DNA of 64,000 nucleotides from a bacterium. GTDB lineage: Bacteria; UBA8248. The DNA is taken from positions 96,001-160,000 of the forward strand of contig OZ242260.1 in assembly GCA_965207065.1 (NCBI GenBank), in the 5' to 3' direction. A program made the translations under genes and the position numbers. The notes below the pieces were generated by a model. That model was not told the origin of the DNA. It worked only from the letters and a program-made list of their open reading frames with translations, and searched no databases. Of this stretch, positions 1 to 11,490 are shown piece by piece. Position 1 is the stretch's first letter; every line of letters begins with the position of its first letter.

Positions 1-644
1 GGGTCGTTATCGGCAGGAAGCGCTCCATCCGCGACTTCGACCTCGACAGCACTTCCCGTGTGCTTGACTGTCACGACATAATTTTCAGTCGCAGTAGGAG
101 CATCTAAATCCGTTGGAGCTGTGGTCAAATCAAATGGTCGGGCGGCCGTGGTGGCCGAATCTCCCTCCGTGTTGATGGCCGTTTTTTTCGTGAGGGCGAC
201 TTTGTTCGCGGCCGCCTTGGTCGCCGCGGCGGCGGCGGACGCATCAGCGGTGCTCTTCGCGGTCGTCACCATGCCGACATATTTCATTACGTCGGCGAGT
301 GCGGCTTCCGCGTCCGCCTGGGCGTCTTCCGCATGCGCCGTGTTGTCGGCCGCCTGGGCCGTGGCATTCGCGGCCATGGCGTCCGCTACCCTGAGTTCCG
401 CTTTCGCGTAGGATGCCTCATCGTACATTTTATTCGCTTCGACAGCGGCCAAGGCCGCCTGCGCGTCCTCATAAGCCTGCATGGCCGCGCTCTTCGCATC
501 TTGGAGCGACGTGTCCGGCGTCGTTCCCGGATCCGTCGTGTCGGCAGTCCCGCCGCCGCCGCCGCAGCCTGCCAGCGCGATGGCGAACACCGCCGCCAGG
601 GCAAAAGCGTAAAACTTGCTTATCGATTTCTCTCTGAACATCAT
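1..644 (-). CDS. Surface lipoprotein, family A copy 1 (A1); partial, runs off the left edge
   Basis: Not in the ORF track because the stop lies outside the window. Reads MMFREKSISKFYAFALAAVFAIALAGCGGGGGTADTT..., with a LAGC lipobox and GGAGG RBS. 583-700 matches 25728-25845 in inverted orientation with 1 mismatch. Confidence 0.85.
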   Translation of the reverse strand, partial: MMFREKSISKFYAFALAAVFAIALAGCGGGGGTADTTDPGTTPDTSLQDAKSAAMQAYEDAQAALAAVEANKMYDEASYAKAELRVADAMAANATAQAADNTAHAEDAQADAEAALADVMKYVGMVTTAKSTADASAAAAATKAAANKVALTKKTAINTEGDSATTAARPFDLTTAPTDLDAPTATENYVVTVKHTGSAVEVEVADGALPADND

Positions 645-1684
645 TTAGTGAGTCCTCCTGAATACATAGAAAAAGGGATTTTCAGCGAATTTCCGGCTTT
701 CTCTAAATCTCTAACATCCTCCTCTCCGTTGAATTCCATTATCAAACCCTGGTTTATCTTTATTAGCCGGAGAGCGGATACTACCGGGCTCGCCTTCCGG
801 ACTGTATGGGACACGATACCTTATTGGAAAAAAGTTGCTCAGCCGATTAAGCTTCCTGTTACGTTGAACCCGTCTCCTCTTCCGGGCGACGACCACTCCG
901 TTCGAGAACCCTTCCACCGGGCCGATGCAACCTCGATACCGACATGCCTTCCGGGTCGGCTGCAACGTTTGCCCCGAGGCGCCAATTCCCGATATAGTAC
1001 CCGCCTGTTCCGAACCTCATTAGCTGAGTATATCGTTCCCGGCGAGCAACCCCGCGCCAATCGCGCCTCTTGGATTCTATTACTACACTGATATTGCTAC
1101 AGCTTTTTCCGTTTTGTCAAGGTGATTTTCTCGCTAAATTCGGCCCTGGGTCAGAAGACCTCAATCGGTGGGCGGGCGAAACATAAAAACCATCACCTTA
1201 TTCACTATCGTTTATATGAATATGAAGTAAACTCCGGTCGATTGTCAAGTTATTCCCTTTGCCCGGCGGGCTATTGCCGAACCCGGCGTGCCGACCCTGT
1301 CTCATCAAACGTTTGCCCCTTGTCTCCTTCCGGCCTGCCATCGTTCCTGTGTCATTCGCTCCAGGGTAGCTCGGGCGACCGGGATACCCTCGGGTTTCTC
1401 CCCGCCCCGGAACGCAATCCCCCGGGCCCGCAGGCGTATGCCCGATGAGCGGAGCGCCGGAATAGCGGCGAATCGAGCGTTCCGAGCGGCATTTTTGCCG
1501 CGAGTTGCGTCGCCGCGCATACGGGGTGATGACGGAAAAACCCTCGGGGAGGCGAGCCGGCGATGGCGGGCCGCACCGGACCGGACGCGTGGGTCCCGAA
1601 GCGCCGAACCACAAAACCGGGAGGTTCCGGCAGCCCCGTTGACAGCATGATGATGAAGGCCGTTTTCCGGATCGAGTCCTCGAC

Positions 1685-1927
1685 TCATCCACGGGCTCGG
1701 AGTTTCTTTCTTGTCGGTGAGCGGGGCAGGGCGAGAAAGCCGCAGGCCGGACCCGTAGCGCGGCCGAGCTTCAGGTCAAGCGTAATCAGCGGACAACCCG
1801 GCGCCACGTACCAGGCGTCGCAGCAGGCCAGGTTACTCCGCAATGCCCATATCCGTTCGGCAAACGGCGTGAAAGGAAACAACTCCAGGTGTATTCGCAG
1901 CAGAATGATTTCGTCCGGGGAGAGCAA
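1685..1927 (-). pseudogene. PIN-domain (VapC-like) toxin C-terminal remnant
   Basis: AERIWALRSNL..DAWYVA..PLITLDLKL resembles a VapC C-terminus; N-terminus missing. Confidence 0.6.
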
Positions 1928-2680
1928 CTGCTGCTGCGAGTTCCGTCATATCAGGCGCATGGGGGGTTGCGTCGTTGCGATATCGGCGTGGAGTCGAAGC
2001 GTATTATATATAGAGGAGGCGAACCCGACCGCGCCAGGGTCTGCCCTGGAGTCTGGTTGAAATTCATGAATTTTGCAGATTTTCAGGAAGACAGGCAAGG
2101 AACTTCATCACGGACATGGGTATGATGCGCATCTTGTTTACCATGGCGCCGGGCAATGTCCGGATATACGTATTCTCCTGACGACTCTCTCGCCGGTAAG
2201 GAACACAAAGCCGGGACTCCGATCGCGCAAGCAGCGCAGTCGGGAAATGAACGGAATGCCCGTTCAATATCCTTGCCGTTTCTCCCGCTCGGTGAATATC
2301 GATTCTTCTATGGGGAATGGGAACCATTACCACCAGGCGGGGGGAGAAGCCGAACGTATCCAACCGGAGCGTCGCAACTCATGGCCGGGGAAACGCCTTC
2401 ATCCCGAAAAAAGCGGCCCGCGACTTCATATCAGGCCGAACCGTACAATCGGTGACGGATGCCAGGCCAACCCGATGCATCGGCCGATACGGTGCGGAAG
2501 AAGCGGTGCGAGACCCGCAGCATGGCGGAGGGAGAAACATTACCTCAGATCAGGTTCGCTCAAAACGGGATTCGGCAAGTTGCGCCGAAAGAGTTGCGCA
2601 GACACGCATTCCTGCTAGAATCGCTCATTCCCCCGAGAAATACCCCGCCCTGGATGACCCGTAAAGAGACGGGAGAATCG

Positions 2681-4213
2681 ATGATGGCGACCGGATATTC
2701 CGGCGAGACCTGGAACACGAAGGAATTCTTCGAGCGCGCCGGCGCGGCGGATACTCTCCGCCGCCTGCAGGACGGAGACGATGTCAACGCGCGGGATGAA
2801 CGAGGATGGACGCCTCTTCACAGGGCGGCGGCGTTCGGCAGGACGCCCGGGGTCGTGACCGCGCTGGTCGAAGCCGGGGCCGACCCGAATGCGCGGGATG
2901 AAGACGGAGCGACTCCCCTGCACGCAGCGGCGCTCGGCGCGACTCCCGGTATCGTAACGGCTCTGGTTCAGGCCGGGGCCGAGCCGAACACAGCAGAAAA
3001 AACCGGATGGACTCCCCTGCACGCGGCGGCGCGGTTCAACGGAACCCCCGGGATCGTGACGGCCCTGGTGCGGAGCGGGGCCGACCCGGACGCTCGGTCC
3101 ATCAAGGGAGAGACGCCCCTGCACGAGGCGTCCGCCAACTGCAGGACTCCCGGGGTCGTGCTCGCGCTGCTGCGGGCCGGCGCCGACGCGCGCGCACGGA
3201 ACCAGGAGGGAATGACGCCTCTGCACCGCGCCGCTGACTCCGGCGCGATCCCCGGAGTCGTGACGGTACTGGTGCAGGCGGGCGCCGACGTGAACGCACG
3301 CTTTGACGGAGTGACCCCCCTGCACCGGGCGGCGGCGAACAGCGAAACCCCCGAGATAGCGGAGGCTCTCATCCGGGCGGGCGCCGACCCGCTGGCGCAG
3401 GATGAAACCGGCTGGACACCTCTCCACTGGGCGGCGGCGGGCGCGAAGGATCCCGGGATCGTTGCAGCGCTGCTCGATGCGGGGGCCGACGTGAACGCGC
3501 GCGCGTACGATGGGCAGACTCCCCTGTGCGTGGCGGCGCGGTTCTCCTCCGCCGTCGGGGTCGTGGCGGCCCTGGTGGAGGCGGGCGCCGACCCGAAAGG
3601 GGAAGATGAAAAAGGACGGACGGCTTTGCACCGCGCGGCGATGAACGGCGGTATCCCCGATGTGGCGTCGGTTCTCGTCCGGGCGGGCGCCGACCCGAAC
3701 GCCCGGGACAAAGCCGGTTGGACTCCGCTGCACCGGGCGGCGGCGGGCGGCAGGCATCCCGGGATTGTGGCGGCCCTCATCGAAGCAGGCGCCAATCCGA
3801 ATGCGCGTACCGGAGAGGGCGTGACTCCCCTGCACTGTGCGGCGGGCTCCGGCGCAACCCCCGGGGTCGTGACGGCCCTCATCGATGCCGGGGCCAACCC
3901 GAACGCCCGGGACAAGAGAGGATGGACGCCCCTGCATGATGCGGCGGGCGGCAGGACGCCCGGGGTCGTCACGGCCCTGGTCGAAGCCGGCGCCGCCCCG
4001 AACGCGCGGGACCGGAAAGGGCGCACGCCCCTGCACGTGGCGGCGTGTCTCGGCAAGGCCGTCCCTGCCGTCGCGCAGGCCCTGCTTGCCGCCGGCGCCG
4101 ACCCGGCGGCAAGGGACGAGGGCGATGAAACGCCCCGGGATCACGTCAGGATGGATTCTCCGCTCTGGGGAACGGAGGTTTTCCGGCGCCTGAAGGACGA
4201 ACGGCGTCCATAG
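2681..4213 (+). CDS. Ankyrin repeat protein (about 13 repeats)
   Basis: Repeated GxTPLHxAA...VVxALxxAGADPNARD units; start placed at ATG 2681 after GGAG. Confidence 0.93.
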   Translation: MMATGYSGETWNTKEFFERAGAADTLRRLQDGDDVNARDERGWTPLHRAAAFGRTPGVVTALVEAGADPNARDEDGATPLHAAALGATPGIVTALVQAGAEPNTAEKTGWTPLHAAARFNGTPGIVTALVRSGADPDARSIKGETPLHEASANCRTPGVVLALLRAGADARARNQEGMTPLHRAADSGAIPGVVTVLVQAGADVNARFDGVTPLHRAAANSETPEIAEALIRAGADPLAQDETGWTPLHWAAAGAKDPGIVAALLDAGADVNARAYDGQTPLCVAARFSSAVGVVAALVEAGADPKGEDEKGRTALHRAAMNGGIPDVASVLVRAGADPNARDKAGWTPLHRAAAGGRHPGIVAALIEAGANPNARTGEGVTPLHCAAGSGATPGVVTALIDAGANPNARDKRGWTPLHDAAGGRTPGVVTALVEAGAAPNARDRKGRTPLHVAACLGKAVPAVAQALLAAGADPAARDEGDETPRDHVRMDSPLWGTEVFRRLKDERRP

Positions 4214-4557
4214 CCGATAGAAATTGCGCGCGCGGCGTCACGCGAGGGGTTACTGTCCTTTTCCGCCGCCCTCACCGGTTCCGCCGCCTGAATCGTGGCC
4301 GGGGCGATCAAGGGGCAGACGCAGCACTTTCTTCTTTCCCTGCCGAATGCGTAATCGGGCACGCTCCCTTTTCATGTTTTTCGTTTTCCCGCCAATACGT
4401 GGTAAAAAGCTATAAACGCACCCTTTCGAGCGCAAAATTTTTTACAAAATAAAATGTATGCGAGGATAACGCCTGTATCAAGAATCAGGATTAATAGTTG
4501 CGATGCATTACCCGGGATTGGAACAACCACACACGAACGGGACAGGTGAGGGGCCGG

Positions 4558-5388
4558 ATGAGAAACATGTTCCGGAGTTTCATGCGATTACTTGAGGCTC
4601 GGCGCGAAGCCGGGGAGCCCGCTCAGGCTTCGGTTAGCACGGATACCGGGGAGGAGACGCTCGATGGGCGTGAACTGACGCCCGAGGCTCAAAACGCCCG
4701 GTTCCTGAGCGAAATCACCACCCGCTCCATTCATCTGAGCGAACGCGCCGTCGAACAGGCGCAGGCGGGGGACATCGAGGGCGCCATCGAGACGGCGCGC
4801 GGCATCGGAAGCTCTCTTTTCCACGCCTCCGCCCTGCGGGAGATCGCCATCGCCCAGGCGGGGGCGGGACAGATCAGCGAAGCCGTCGAGACGATTCGCC
4901 GCATCGACGACCCCGACGATCGAATGGTGGCGCTCAAGCACTTCTCCGCCGTTCGGAGCGGCCCCGCCGCTGCCATCGCCTCCCATACGCTGAACGCCGC
5001 CTTGGAGGCGATCGAGGAGATCCGCGACGAAAAGAGCGTTTCCGAGCAAGCGTGGAAAAACGTCATGTCCCTGGCCGGGGCGGGGGATTTCACCACCGCC
5101 GTTCAGGCAGCCCGCGAAATCGGCGACCCTTCCTGGCGCTCCTGGGCTTTGCAGGAAATCGCCACAGGCCAGGCGGGGGCGGGAGATTTCCCCGCCGCTC
5201 TCAGTTTGGCAGGCGGCATCGGCAAGCCGCTCTACCGCTCCTGGGCGTATCGGGACATCGCCGTGGCGCAGGCCGAAGCCGGGCAAATCGACGCCGCGGT
5301 GGATACCGCGCGCCGCGTGGAAGACCCCGAAGATAAAGAGCAGGCGCTCGCGGCCATCGAAAAGCAAAAGGAACAGACCGGCGCGTAG
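4558..5388 (+). CDS. TPR/HEAT-like helical repeat protein
   Basis: About 39-aa repeats AQAxAGDxxxAxxxARxIxDPxxRSxALxEIA. Confidence 0.75.
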   Translation: MRNMFRSFMRLLEARREAGEPAQASVSTDTGEETLDGRELTPEAQNARFLSEITTRSIHLSERAVEQAQAGDIEGAIETARGIGSSLFHASALREIAIAQAGAGQISEAVETIRRIDDPDDRMVALKHFSAVRSGPAAAIASHTLNAALEAIEEIRDEKSVSEQAWKNVMSLAGAGDFTTAVQAAREIGDPSWRSWALQEIATGQAGAGDFPAALSLAGGIGKPLYRSWAYRDIAVAQAEAGQIDAAVDTARRVEDPEDKEQALAAIEKQKEQTGA

Positions 5389-5891
5389 CGCGCCTGGCCG
5401 CATCAGGTAAGAACACGGTCCGGCGCCGAACTTTAAGTAAAATCGCCGCAGATGTCGTACGGACTCAGGTCCTTCACGACGGGTTATGAGAAAAACCTCT
5501 ATAATCGAAACCGAATCATGAGCCGTCCCGGCTCGCGCGCAAGGGTGGGGAGCTTTTCTTCCGCCTCACAATAATTTCCTTTCCGGCCTACAGAACGGCG
5601 AATTCACCATCCCTTACTATGGCATTCCTTTGATTTGACGGCTCTCGCGCTCGTTCCCAAGTAAATTTTTTCAATAGGGCCCCCGTTTGTTGAATGACAC
5701 ACTTGAGCGATCATGGTGGCAACTTTCCTATTGGGCATTCATGCGCCAAAGCGCAAGATACCTGAATCTTCAAAAGCATTTATCTCAGAGATGTTCAGAT
5801 AACTTTATTGCCAAAATACTATCGCATCCTAAAATTTGACCCAAAGCTCCACGATTCCCTGGAGACTGCTGACCGATTTGTTTCAGCCCTC

Positions 5892-6227
5892 TCAGGTTAG
5901 CAGGCGTAGCGCGGTCTCAGGAGCCTTGTCGAGCAACTTTAGCAGGGCTCGCGCTGCGCCGGTCGGATAACGCTTTCCCTGCTCCCAATTTCGGATGGTC
6001 TCATGCGGCACGTCGATACGACGCGCCAGCTCGACTTGAGAGAGCCCCAGACGTCGCCGGACCCGGCGCGCGTACCGCGCCATGTCCTGCATTGCCTCGG
6101 CGTCGTCTTCATGAATCTGCAAGGCGATCTCCGCCTCGGTAGTGGCGTCCACCACTGCAGGGTCGAACCGCTCCTTGGGGAAGGTCCCCGGGTCGTCAGG
6201 ATTAATCCTGACCTTTGTTGTACTCAT
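5892..6227 (-). CDS. XRE-type HTH antitoxin partner of BrnT
   Basis: RRVRRRLGLSQVELARRIDVPHETIRNWEQGKRYPTGAARALL; overlaps the toxin gene. Confidence 0.85.
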   Translation of the reverse strand: MSTTKVRINPDDPGTFPKERFDPAVVDATTEAEIALQIHEDDAEAMQDMARYARRVRRRLGLSQVELARRIDVPHETIRNWEQGKRYPTGAARALLKLLDKAPETALRLLT

Positions 6228-6483
6228 AGTCCTCGACCTCCTTCTGGTTGGCCTTGCGGGCCGATATGATGCGGATCGCAGAACCCCGGATCGTGTATAT
6301 GACGACATACGCTCTCCCGTCGATCATGCCGAGCAGCCGATAGCGAGCCTCGCCATAGTCGAGTCGGCGATCCTGCGCTACGAGCCGGTTCGGGTCGAAG
6401 AATACGCGAACGGCATAGGCGAAGTCGAAACCGCGACGAGCGAAACAGGCATTGTTCTTCGCATCGTCCCATTCAAATTCCAT
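6202..6483 (-). CDS. brnT: BrnT family (DUF497) toxin
   Basis: MEFEWDDAKN...GFDF...YGEARY..G...IRIISARKAN..E motif. Confidence 0.88.
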   Translation of the reverse strand: MEFEWDDAKNNACFARRGFDFAYAVRVFFDPNRLVAQDRRLDYGEARYRLLGMIDGRAYVVIYTIRGSAIRIISARKANQKEVEDYEYNKGQD

Positions 6484-6667
6484 ATCAATCATATAGGCCA
6501 ATGGCCTATCCCAGTCAAGCAGTCGAGTTCCAGCGGAGTTGTCAACTTACTGTTTCGACCAGAGAATCTGCTGGAATTACGTAGACGTGGTAAAGCGGTT
6601 CGGGAAAGCAATCGCCGAAGCCTGACGTGCTCGATATGCGCGGAGCATGAGTAAACTAGGCAATGAT

Positions 6668-8184
6668 GGGTCTGTTGAAAAACCCCCCACATTATGGTTC
6701 GGTATATGGATACTATCTCGCCCGAGATGGGAGTTCCCTCGATGTTGGACCGCAAGAGGCGCGAGCAGCTGGATTTGTTCGTGGCCGGTTCGCTGGATCA
6801 GCTGATCCCCGAGGATCACGTTCTGTACCGCGTGCATCAGGTACTGGATTTGAGCTGGCTTCGCGAGGAGGTGGCGGCGTGCTATTGCGCGGACAACGGT
6901 AGTCCGGGTTTGGACCCGGAGGTGGTGGTGCGATTGATGCTGGCGGGCCTGTTGCTGGGCTACGTTCACGACCGGCGTCTGCTTCGCGAGGCGAAGGTGA
7001 ACCTGGCGATCCAGTGGTTCATCGGGTACGGGCTGCACGAGGAGTTGCCGGATCATTCGAGCCTGACGCGGGTCCGTCAGCGGTGGGGGGAAGAGCGCTT
7101 CAAGGAGATATTCCGGCGCACGGTGCGTGCATGCCTGGAGGCGCAGGTGGCGAAGGGAGAAGTGGTTCACGTGGACGCTTCGTTGATACGCGCGGACGTG
7201 AGCTGGGAGAGTCTGGCGGAGCGTCACGCGAGCGAGGTGGTGCGGGAGAACGACTCGGAGGAGGAGACGGAGAAGAAGCGTGGTGGCCGGGGTTCGGGGA
7301 AGGTGAGCCGTACGGACCCCGACGCGCGCCTTGCGCGCAAGAGCGCTCGCGCGGGGTTCGAGCCGAGCTACAAGCACCACGCGGTGGTGGACGATGAGCG
7401 GGGTGTTGTTCTCGACGTTGCGGTGACGGAGGGGACTTTGAACGAGCGGGCGATGATGGCGTCCCAGTTGGAAGCGGTATGGGAGGTATCGGGTTGCCCG
7501 CCCGGGTTGGTGACGGCGGATTCGGGCTACGCCTACTCGGAAGTCTACGCGGCTTTGGAGCGGCTGGGTGTCGCTGCGCTGATACCGGCGAAGAAGGAAC
7601 CCTTGCAGAGCCGTGTTCCGTTGCGGCTGTTCCGCTACGACGCGCGCCACGACTTGGTGAAGTGTCCGCGCGGCAAGAAGCTGCTCCCCCGGCGGCCCGC
7701 CAAGGGGGGGCGTTATTATCGTTCGAGGACGCGGGATTGCGCGGGCTGCGCACTGGGCGCCGGTTGTTTGCCGAAGGGTTGGAGGAGCAAGGTGGTGCTG
7801 ATACCGCACAACTACCCGGCGCTGTTGCGCGCGCGTCGGCGCCACGCGCGCCGGGGGGAGGAGGAGCGTCGGCAGTGGCGCCGGCACATGAGTCGCTCCG
7901 AAGGCTACCACGGCGAAGCGAAGAGTTGGCACGGACTGGCGAGGGCGGTGCGCCGCGGACTCGACAACGTGCGGATCCAGTCCTACCTGACGGCGACTGC
8001 GGTGAACCTCAAGCGGCTGGCCGCCGCCCTTGCGGCGCATTTATTCGCCCTCAGGAGGGCCTGCGCCGCCCGGAGACGCGGAATGCGCGTTCCTGGCGGC
8101 TTCACGCGCCGATTGGGCTTGCTCTCCCAAGCCGCGTGAGCCGCCAAAACACCCGTACCCAACACCGGGTTTTTCAACAGACCC
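6668..8184 (+). mobile_element. IS1182-family insertion sequence
   Basis: 18-bp perfect terminal inverted repeats GGGTCTGTTGAAAAACCC (6668-6685 and 8167-8184); ATGAT direct repeat on both flanks (6663-6667, 8185-8189). Confidence 0.9.
6694..8139 (+). CDS. IS1182-family DDE transposase
   Basis: LIPEDH, PDHSSL, VDAS, SRTDPDA, ADSGY, a CP..K/C..C zinc segment and EG.HGEAK..HGL motifs; exact start uncertain. Confidence 0.9.
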   Translation: MVRYMDTISPEMGVPSMLDRKRREQLDLFVAGSLDQLIPEDHVLYRVHQVLDLSWLREEVAACYCADNGSPGLDPEVVVRLMLAGLLLGYVHDRRLLREAKVNLAIQWFIGYGLHEELPDHSSLTRVRQRWGEERFKEIFRRTVRACLEAQVAKGEVVHVDASLIRADVSWESLAERHASEVVRENDSEEETEKKRGGRGSGKVSRTDPDARLARKSARAGFEPSYKHHAVVDDERGVVLDVAVTEGTLNERAMMASQLEAVWEVSGCPPGLVTADSGYAYSEVYAALERLGVAALIPAKKEPLQSRVPLRLFRYDARHDLVKCPRGKKLLPRRPAKGGRYYRSRTRDCAGCALGAGCLPKGWRSKVVLIPHNYPALLRARRRHARRGEEERRQWRRHMSRSEGYHGEAKSWHGLARAVRRGLDNVRIQSYLTATAVNLKRLAAALAAHLFALRRACAARRRGMRVPGGFTRRLGLLSQAA

Positions 8185-8539
8185 ATGATAGACGGATTAG
8201 ACTAATCTGCCTTGCAGAACTTTCGCCATTCAGGAGTGCGCCATGAAGACTCGAAGCGACCCGTGACTCGACAGGGTGCTTCATGATACCGCGAAGGAAG
8301 TGCTCATGCGGCACGATGTTGAAGTGACGGCGAAATGGCTGGGCTGATTGGTCCACAGAAGGCTGATTTAATCCGTCGTCCCCGACCAGCTTTCTATACA
8401 AGTGCCCCGGTCTCTTGTTTTGATTTAGCGTAATATGCTATCCGCTACATTTGTATTATATTTAATTCGTCAGCGTCAGTCTTGTTACAGCACGAAAACA
8501 TGCAATTCGATTGCGCAAACAATCAGTAAATGATACTTT

Positions 8540-9349
8540 ATGCGCATGATAATGAAATCCCGTCGGGTACACACCAAAGATTATATCAGAAACCTTCTCG
8601 CTAGCGGGAGCCATCACTTTACTTCAAGCGACGCTCGCGAAGCGCTTGGCGTGTCTCCGGACGCCGCCAAACTCGCCCTGAACCGACTGGCCCGGCAAAA
8701 TATGATCGCCCAACCCTCCCGGGGCTTCTACGTAATCGTTCCTCCGGAATACCTCTCTCTGGAGTGTCTGCCGGCGGACCAATTTATCCCGGCGCTGATG
8801 GAGCGCCTAGGGCAAACCTACTATTCAGGTTTGCTTTCAGCCGCGCAATACCACGGCGCGGCCCATCACCGGCCCCAGGAATTCCAGGTGCTGCTACACA
8901 AAGCCCGTCGGCCGATCCGCTGCGGCCGGGTGCGCGTGGTCTTCATCGTCCGCAAGCATCTTCGGAACGTACCTGCAAAAAATTTCAACACGCCCCGTGG
9001 CACGATTCGGGTCTCGACGCCAGAAGCGACGGCCGTCGATCTCGTCGGCTATTCTCACCATGCAGGTGGACTCGACCAGGTGGCGACCGTTCTCTCCGAA
9101 CTCGCAGTGCAGATCGATCCGGAGAAACTGGTGACGGCCGCGCAGACCGCGCCGATCACCTGGGCGCAAAGACTTGGATACCTGCTCACGTTCGTCAATG
9201 CCCGCGAACGGATCGTCCCTCTGAAGGACTATGTCAGGAGAGAAGCCCGGAGAACGGTTCCGCTTCTCCCCGGCGCATCAAGTGAAGAAGCGCCTCGCGA
9301 TGCGGACTGGAAGCTCTTCGTAAACACGGACGTAGAGCCGGACCTGTGA
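8540..9349 (+). CDS. abiEi: Type IV TA antitoxin, AbiEi family
   Basis: RGFYVIVPPEY, YYSGLLSAAQYHGAAH..PQEFQV, STPEATAVDLV; overlaps the downstream nucleotidyltransferase gene. Confidence 0.88.
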   Translation: MRMIMKSRRVHTKDYIRNLLASGSHHFTSSDAREALGVSPDAAKLALNRLARQNMIAQPSRGFYVIVPPEYLSLECLPADQFIPALMERLGQTYYSGLLSAAQYHGAAHHRPQEFQVLLHKARRPIRCGRVRVVFIVRKHLRNVPAKNFNTPRGTIRVSTPEATAVDLVGYSHHAGGLDQVATVLSELAVQIDPEKLVTAAQTAPITWAQRLGYLLTFVNARERIVPLKDYVRREARRTVPLLPGASSEEAPRDADWKLFVNTDVEPDL

Positions 9350-10185
9350 TCCCGCGCGACTATATCACCGAGTGGCGGGCGCAGGCGCCATGGGTGCAGG
9401 ATTTCCAAGTCGAGCAAGACCTCGTCATCAGCCGGGCTTTGATCGCGATTTTCAATCACCCGATCCTGGGAGAAGCGCTGGCCTTCCGGGGAGGTACGGC
9501 GCTCTACAAACTCCACATTCATCCCCCGGCCCGCTATTCGGAGGACATCGACCTCGTACAGGTCAGGACCGAACCGGCCGGGCCGATGATGGGAGCGGTT
9601 CGAGAAGCCCTCGATCCATGGCTCGGGAAACCGCAATACAAACAGACCAAAGGACGCGTGACATTCAATTACCGCTTTCAGTCCGAGGATGCGCCGCCCC
9701 TTCCGCTGCGGCTGAAAGTGGAAATCAATTCACGGGAACACTTTGCGGTTTACGGATTCACTCGGCTGCCCCTTACCGTGTCTTCGCGCTGGTTCGAGGG
9801 TAGTTGCGCGATCACCACGTATACGCTCGAGGAGTTGCTGGCCACCAAGCTGCGCGCCCTCTACCAGCGTCGTAAAGGCCGGGATCTTTTCGATCTTGCG
9901 GTCGCGCTCGAAACAGGAGCGCTCGACCCGGATCGGGTCGTCGCCGCGTTTGTGAAGTATATGGAGCGAGACGGCCACGAAGTGATGAGAGCCCTGTTTG
10001 AGCAGAACCTCCAGGCGAAACTGCGCGACCCGCAGTTCAACGCCGATATCGGCCCGCTTCTGGCGACCGGATTTTCCTGGGACGCCGATCAAGCTGCGGC
10101 AATCGTCCGCTCCAGACTGCTTGCGCGATTGCCGGGCGAGCCATGGCAGGGCGGCAAAGAGAACAAGGGAAACACGGAGGAGTAA
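9346..10185 (+). CDS. abiEii: Type IV TA toxin, AbiEii nucleotidyltransferase
   Basis: VEQDLVISR, FRGGTAL, RYSEDIDL, KLRAL..R.KGRDLFDL. Confidence 0.9.
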   Translation: MIPRDYITEWRAQAPWVQDFQVEQDLVISRALIAIFNHPILGEALAFRGGTALYKLHIHPPARYSEDIDLVQVRTEPAGPMMGAVREALDPWLGKPQYKQTKGRVTFNYRFQSEDAPPLPLRLKVEINSREHFAVYGFTRLPLTVSSRWFEGSCAITTYTLEELLATKLRALYQRRKGRDLFDLAVALETGALDPDRVVAAFVKYMERDGHEVMRALFEQNLQAKLRDPQFNADIGPLLATGFSWDADQAAAIVRSRLLARLPGEPWQGGKENKGNTEE

Positions 10186-11350
10186 AAAGGGGCGCGGAAC
10201 CTGCGAGGATGGCTCGTCACTTTAGTTGGGGATGGGGTGACGGGCCCGTCTGCAAGTACTTGCCCCTCAACGATTTCTTGCCGGCAGCCATTCGTTACTC
10301 TCCGAGCGCCCTATCCTCAAGAATCTTTTCTTGATTCGATGTGTCGACACGCTCTCTTTTCATCGCCCACCAAGTATCGATTTCATCTTGAAATCATTCC
10401 TGTGATTGTGAATCCTGTTCTGAATTCGGCTTCAGGAACATGTGCTCAAGACGGAACGGGAATCGTTAAATTTTCGTATATCTCGATGAACCTTGATGGG
10501 CAGAGTGCGCAGCCCTTCTCAAAAGCCGGTTCGCGATAGCTTATCTCCGGGTATGCTACCCGGCCCTGAGAATTCCCTGATGAACATTATTCCCACGCCC
10601 ATGACGACCCCGGTTCGCACCTGCTGTGCCGTTTACAAAAATGACGATCTTTTTGACTGGTACTGCGACCGTGATCCAAAAAGTGTTTCCGCTCCGTCGC
10701 GGACTGGCAACAGAATTGCCGGGAGATTTACTGGAGACAATGTCGGAGAAGTACACGGCCGATCCTCGCTAAATACGGGAGCAAAAAGATTCGTCACTCC
10801 AAGGTCATTGCCTGGCCTTCGCTGCATCGGTCTGAGTGTGCAGGCTGAGATCGACGTCCGTGTTATTTTCATCAATACACAAATCTCCGTAACGTTGCTA
10901 TCGAATGCGCCACCGCTATAATCTCAAAATTCAGGTTTTTGAAGACATTATTAGGGTGAGATTCGAGCCGAGGCTTGTATGCACAAGGCGCAACGACTTT
11001 CGCCTCTGAGTGAATAAACGAGTTCGGAAACGTTTTGTCCAGAGGCAAAGAGGCAGCACCCAATGCGCAGGCTGGACTGATGATCGGCGACGAGAGCGGC
11101 AATCCGAGAAAGGTTGTTCTCGTTTCGCTATCATGTCACAAGCGCTTCCGGTGCTCTCTGGTCAGCAAAGCTGTCGGAGCTTAAATATCTGTTGACTATC
11201 ATGCCCCCACAAACCGTTATTTGAAATACGAGGAACCGTGGCGATGAGACAAGCGAAAATGCTGGGAGCCGTCGTGGTTTTGGCGGCAATTTTGTCCGGT
11301 TGCAAAACGACCGATACTGACTTCGATGAGAGTTGGAAGATGGCCCTGAT

Positions 11351-11490
11351 GCGCTCCGGATAGAGAAGGCGTTCGGCGTTTCGATGGACACGCTGATGCG
11401 GTTGCAGAACAGCCACGACATCGCCTAGGCGCGAAAGCGCGAAGGCGAAATCTCGCCCCGTACAAGGGGCGCGTCGCTTGAGGCGTATTG
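11351..11490 (+). pseudogene. HigA-type antitoxin C-terminal remnant
   Basis: ALRIEKAFGVSMDTLMRLQNSHDIA*; near-duplicate of about 22310-22440. Confidence 0.7.

Noticed and set aside
1250-1520. GC-rich potentially structured non-coding stretch
   Set aside because: Single copy, no covariation evidence and no recognisable RNA family
2615-4144. Long antisense or alternative-frame ORFs (also 6577-8040, 33693-35255, 35333-37378, 38935-40689, 47363-48916, 54268-55863, 59969-61474)
   Set aside because: Shadow ORFs of high-GC genes with no recognisable motifs
10237-11340. Several short ORFs in AT-richer DNA
   Set aside because: No recognisable family and interrupted frames; probably decayed genes
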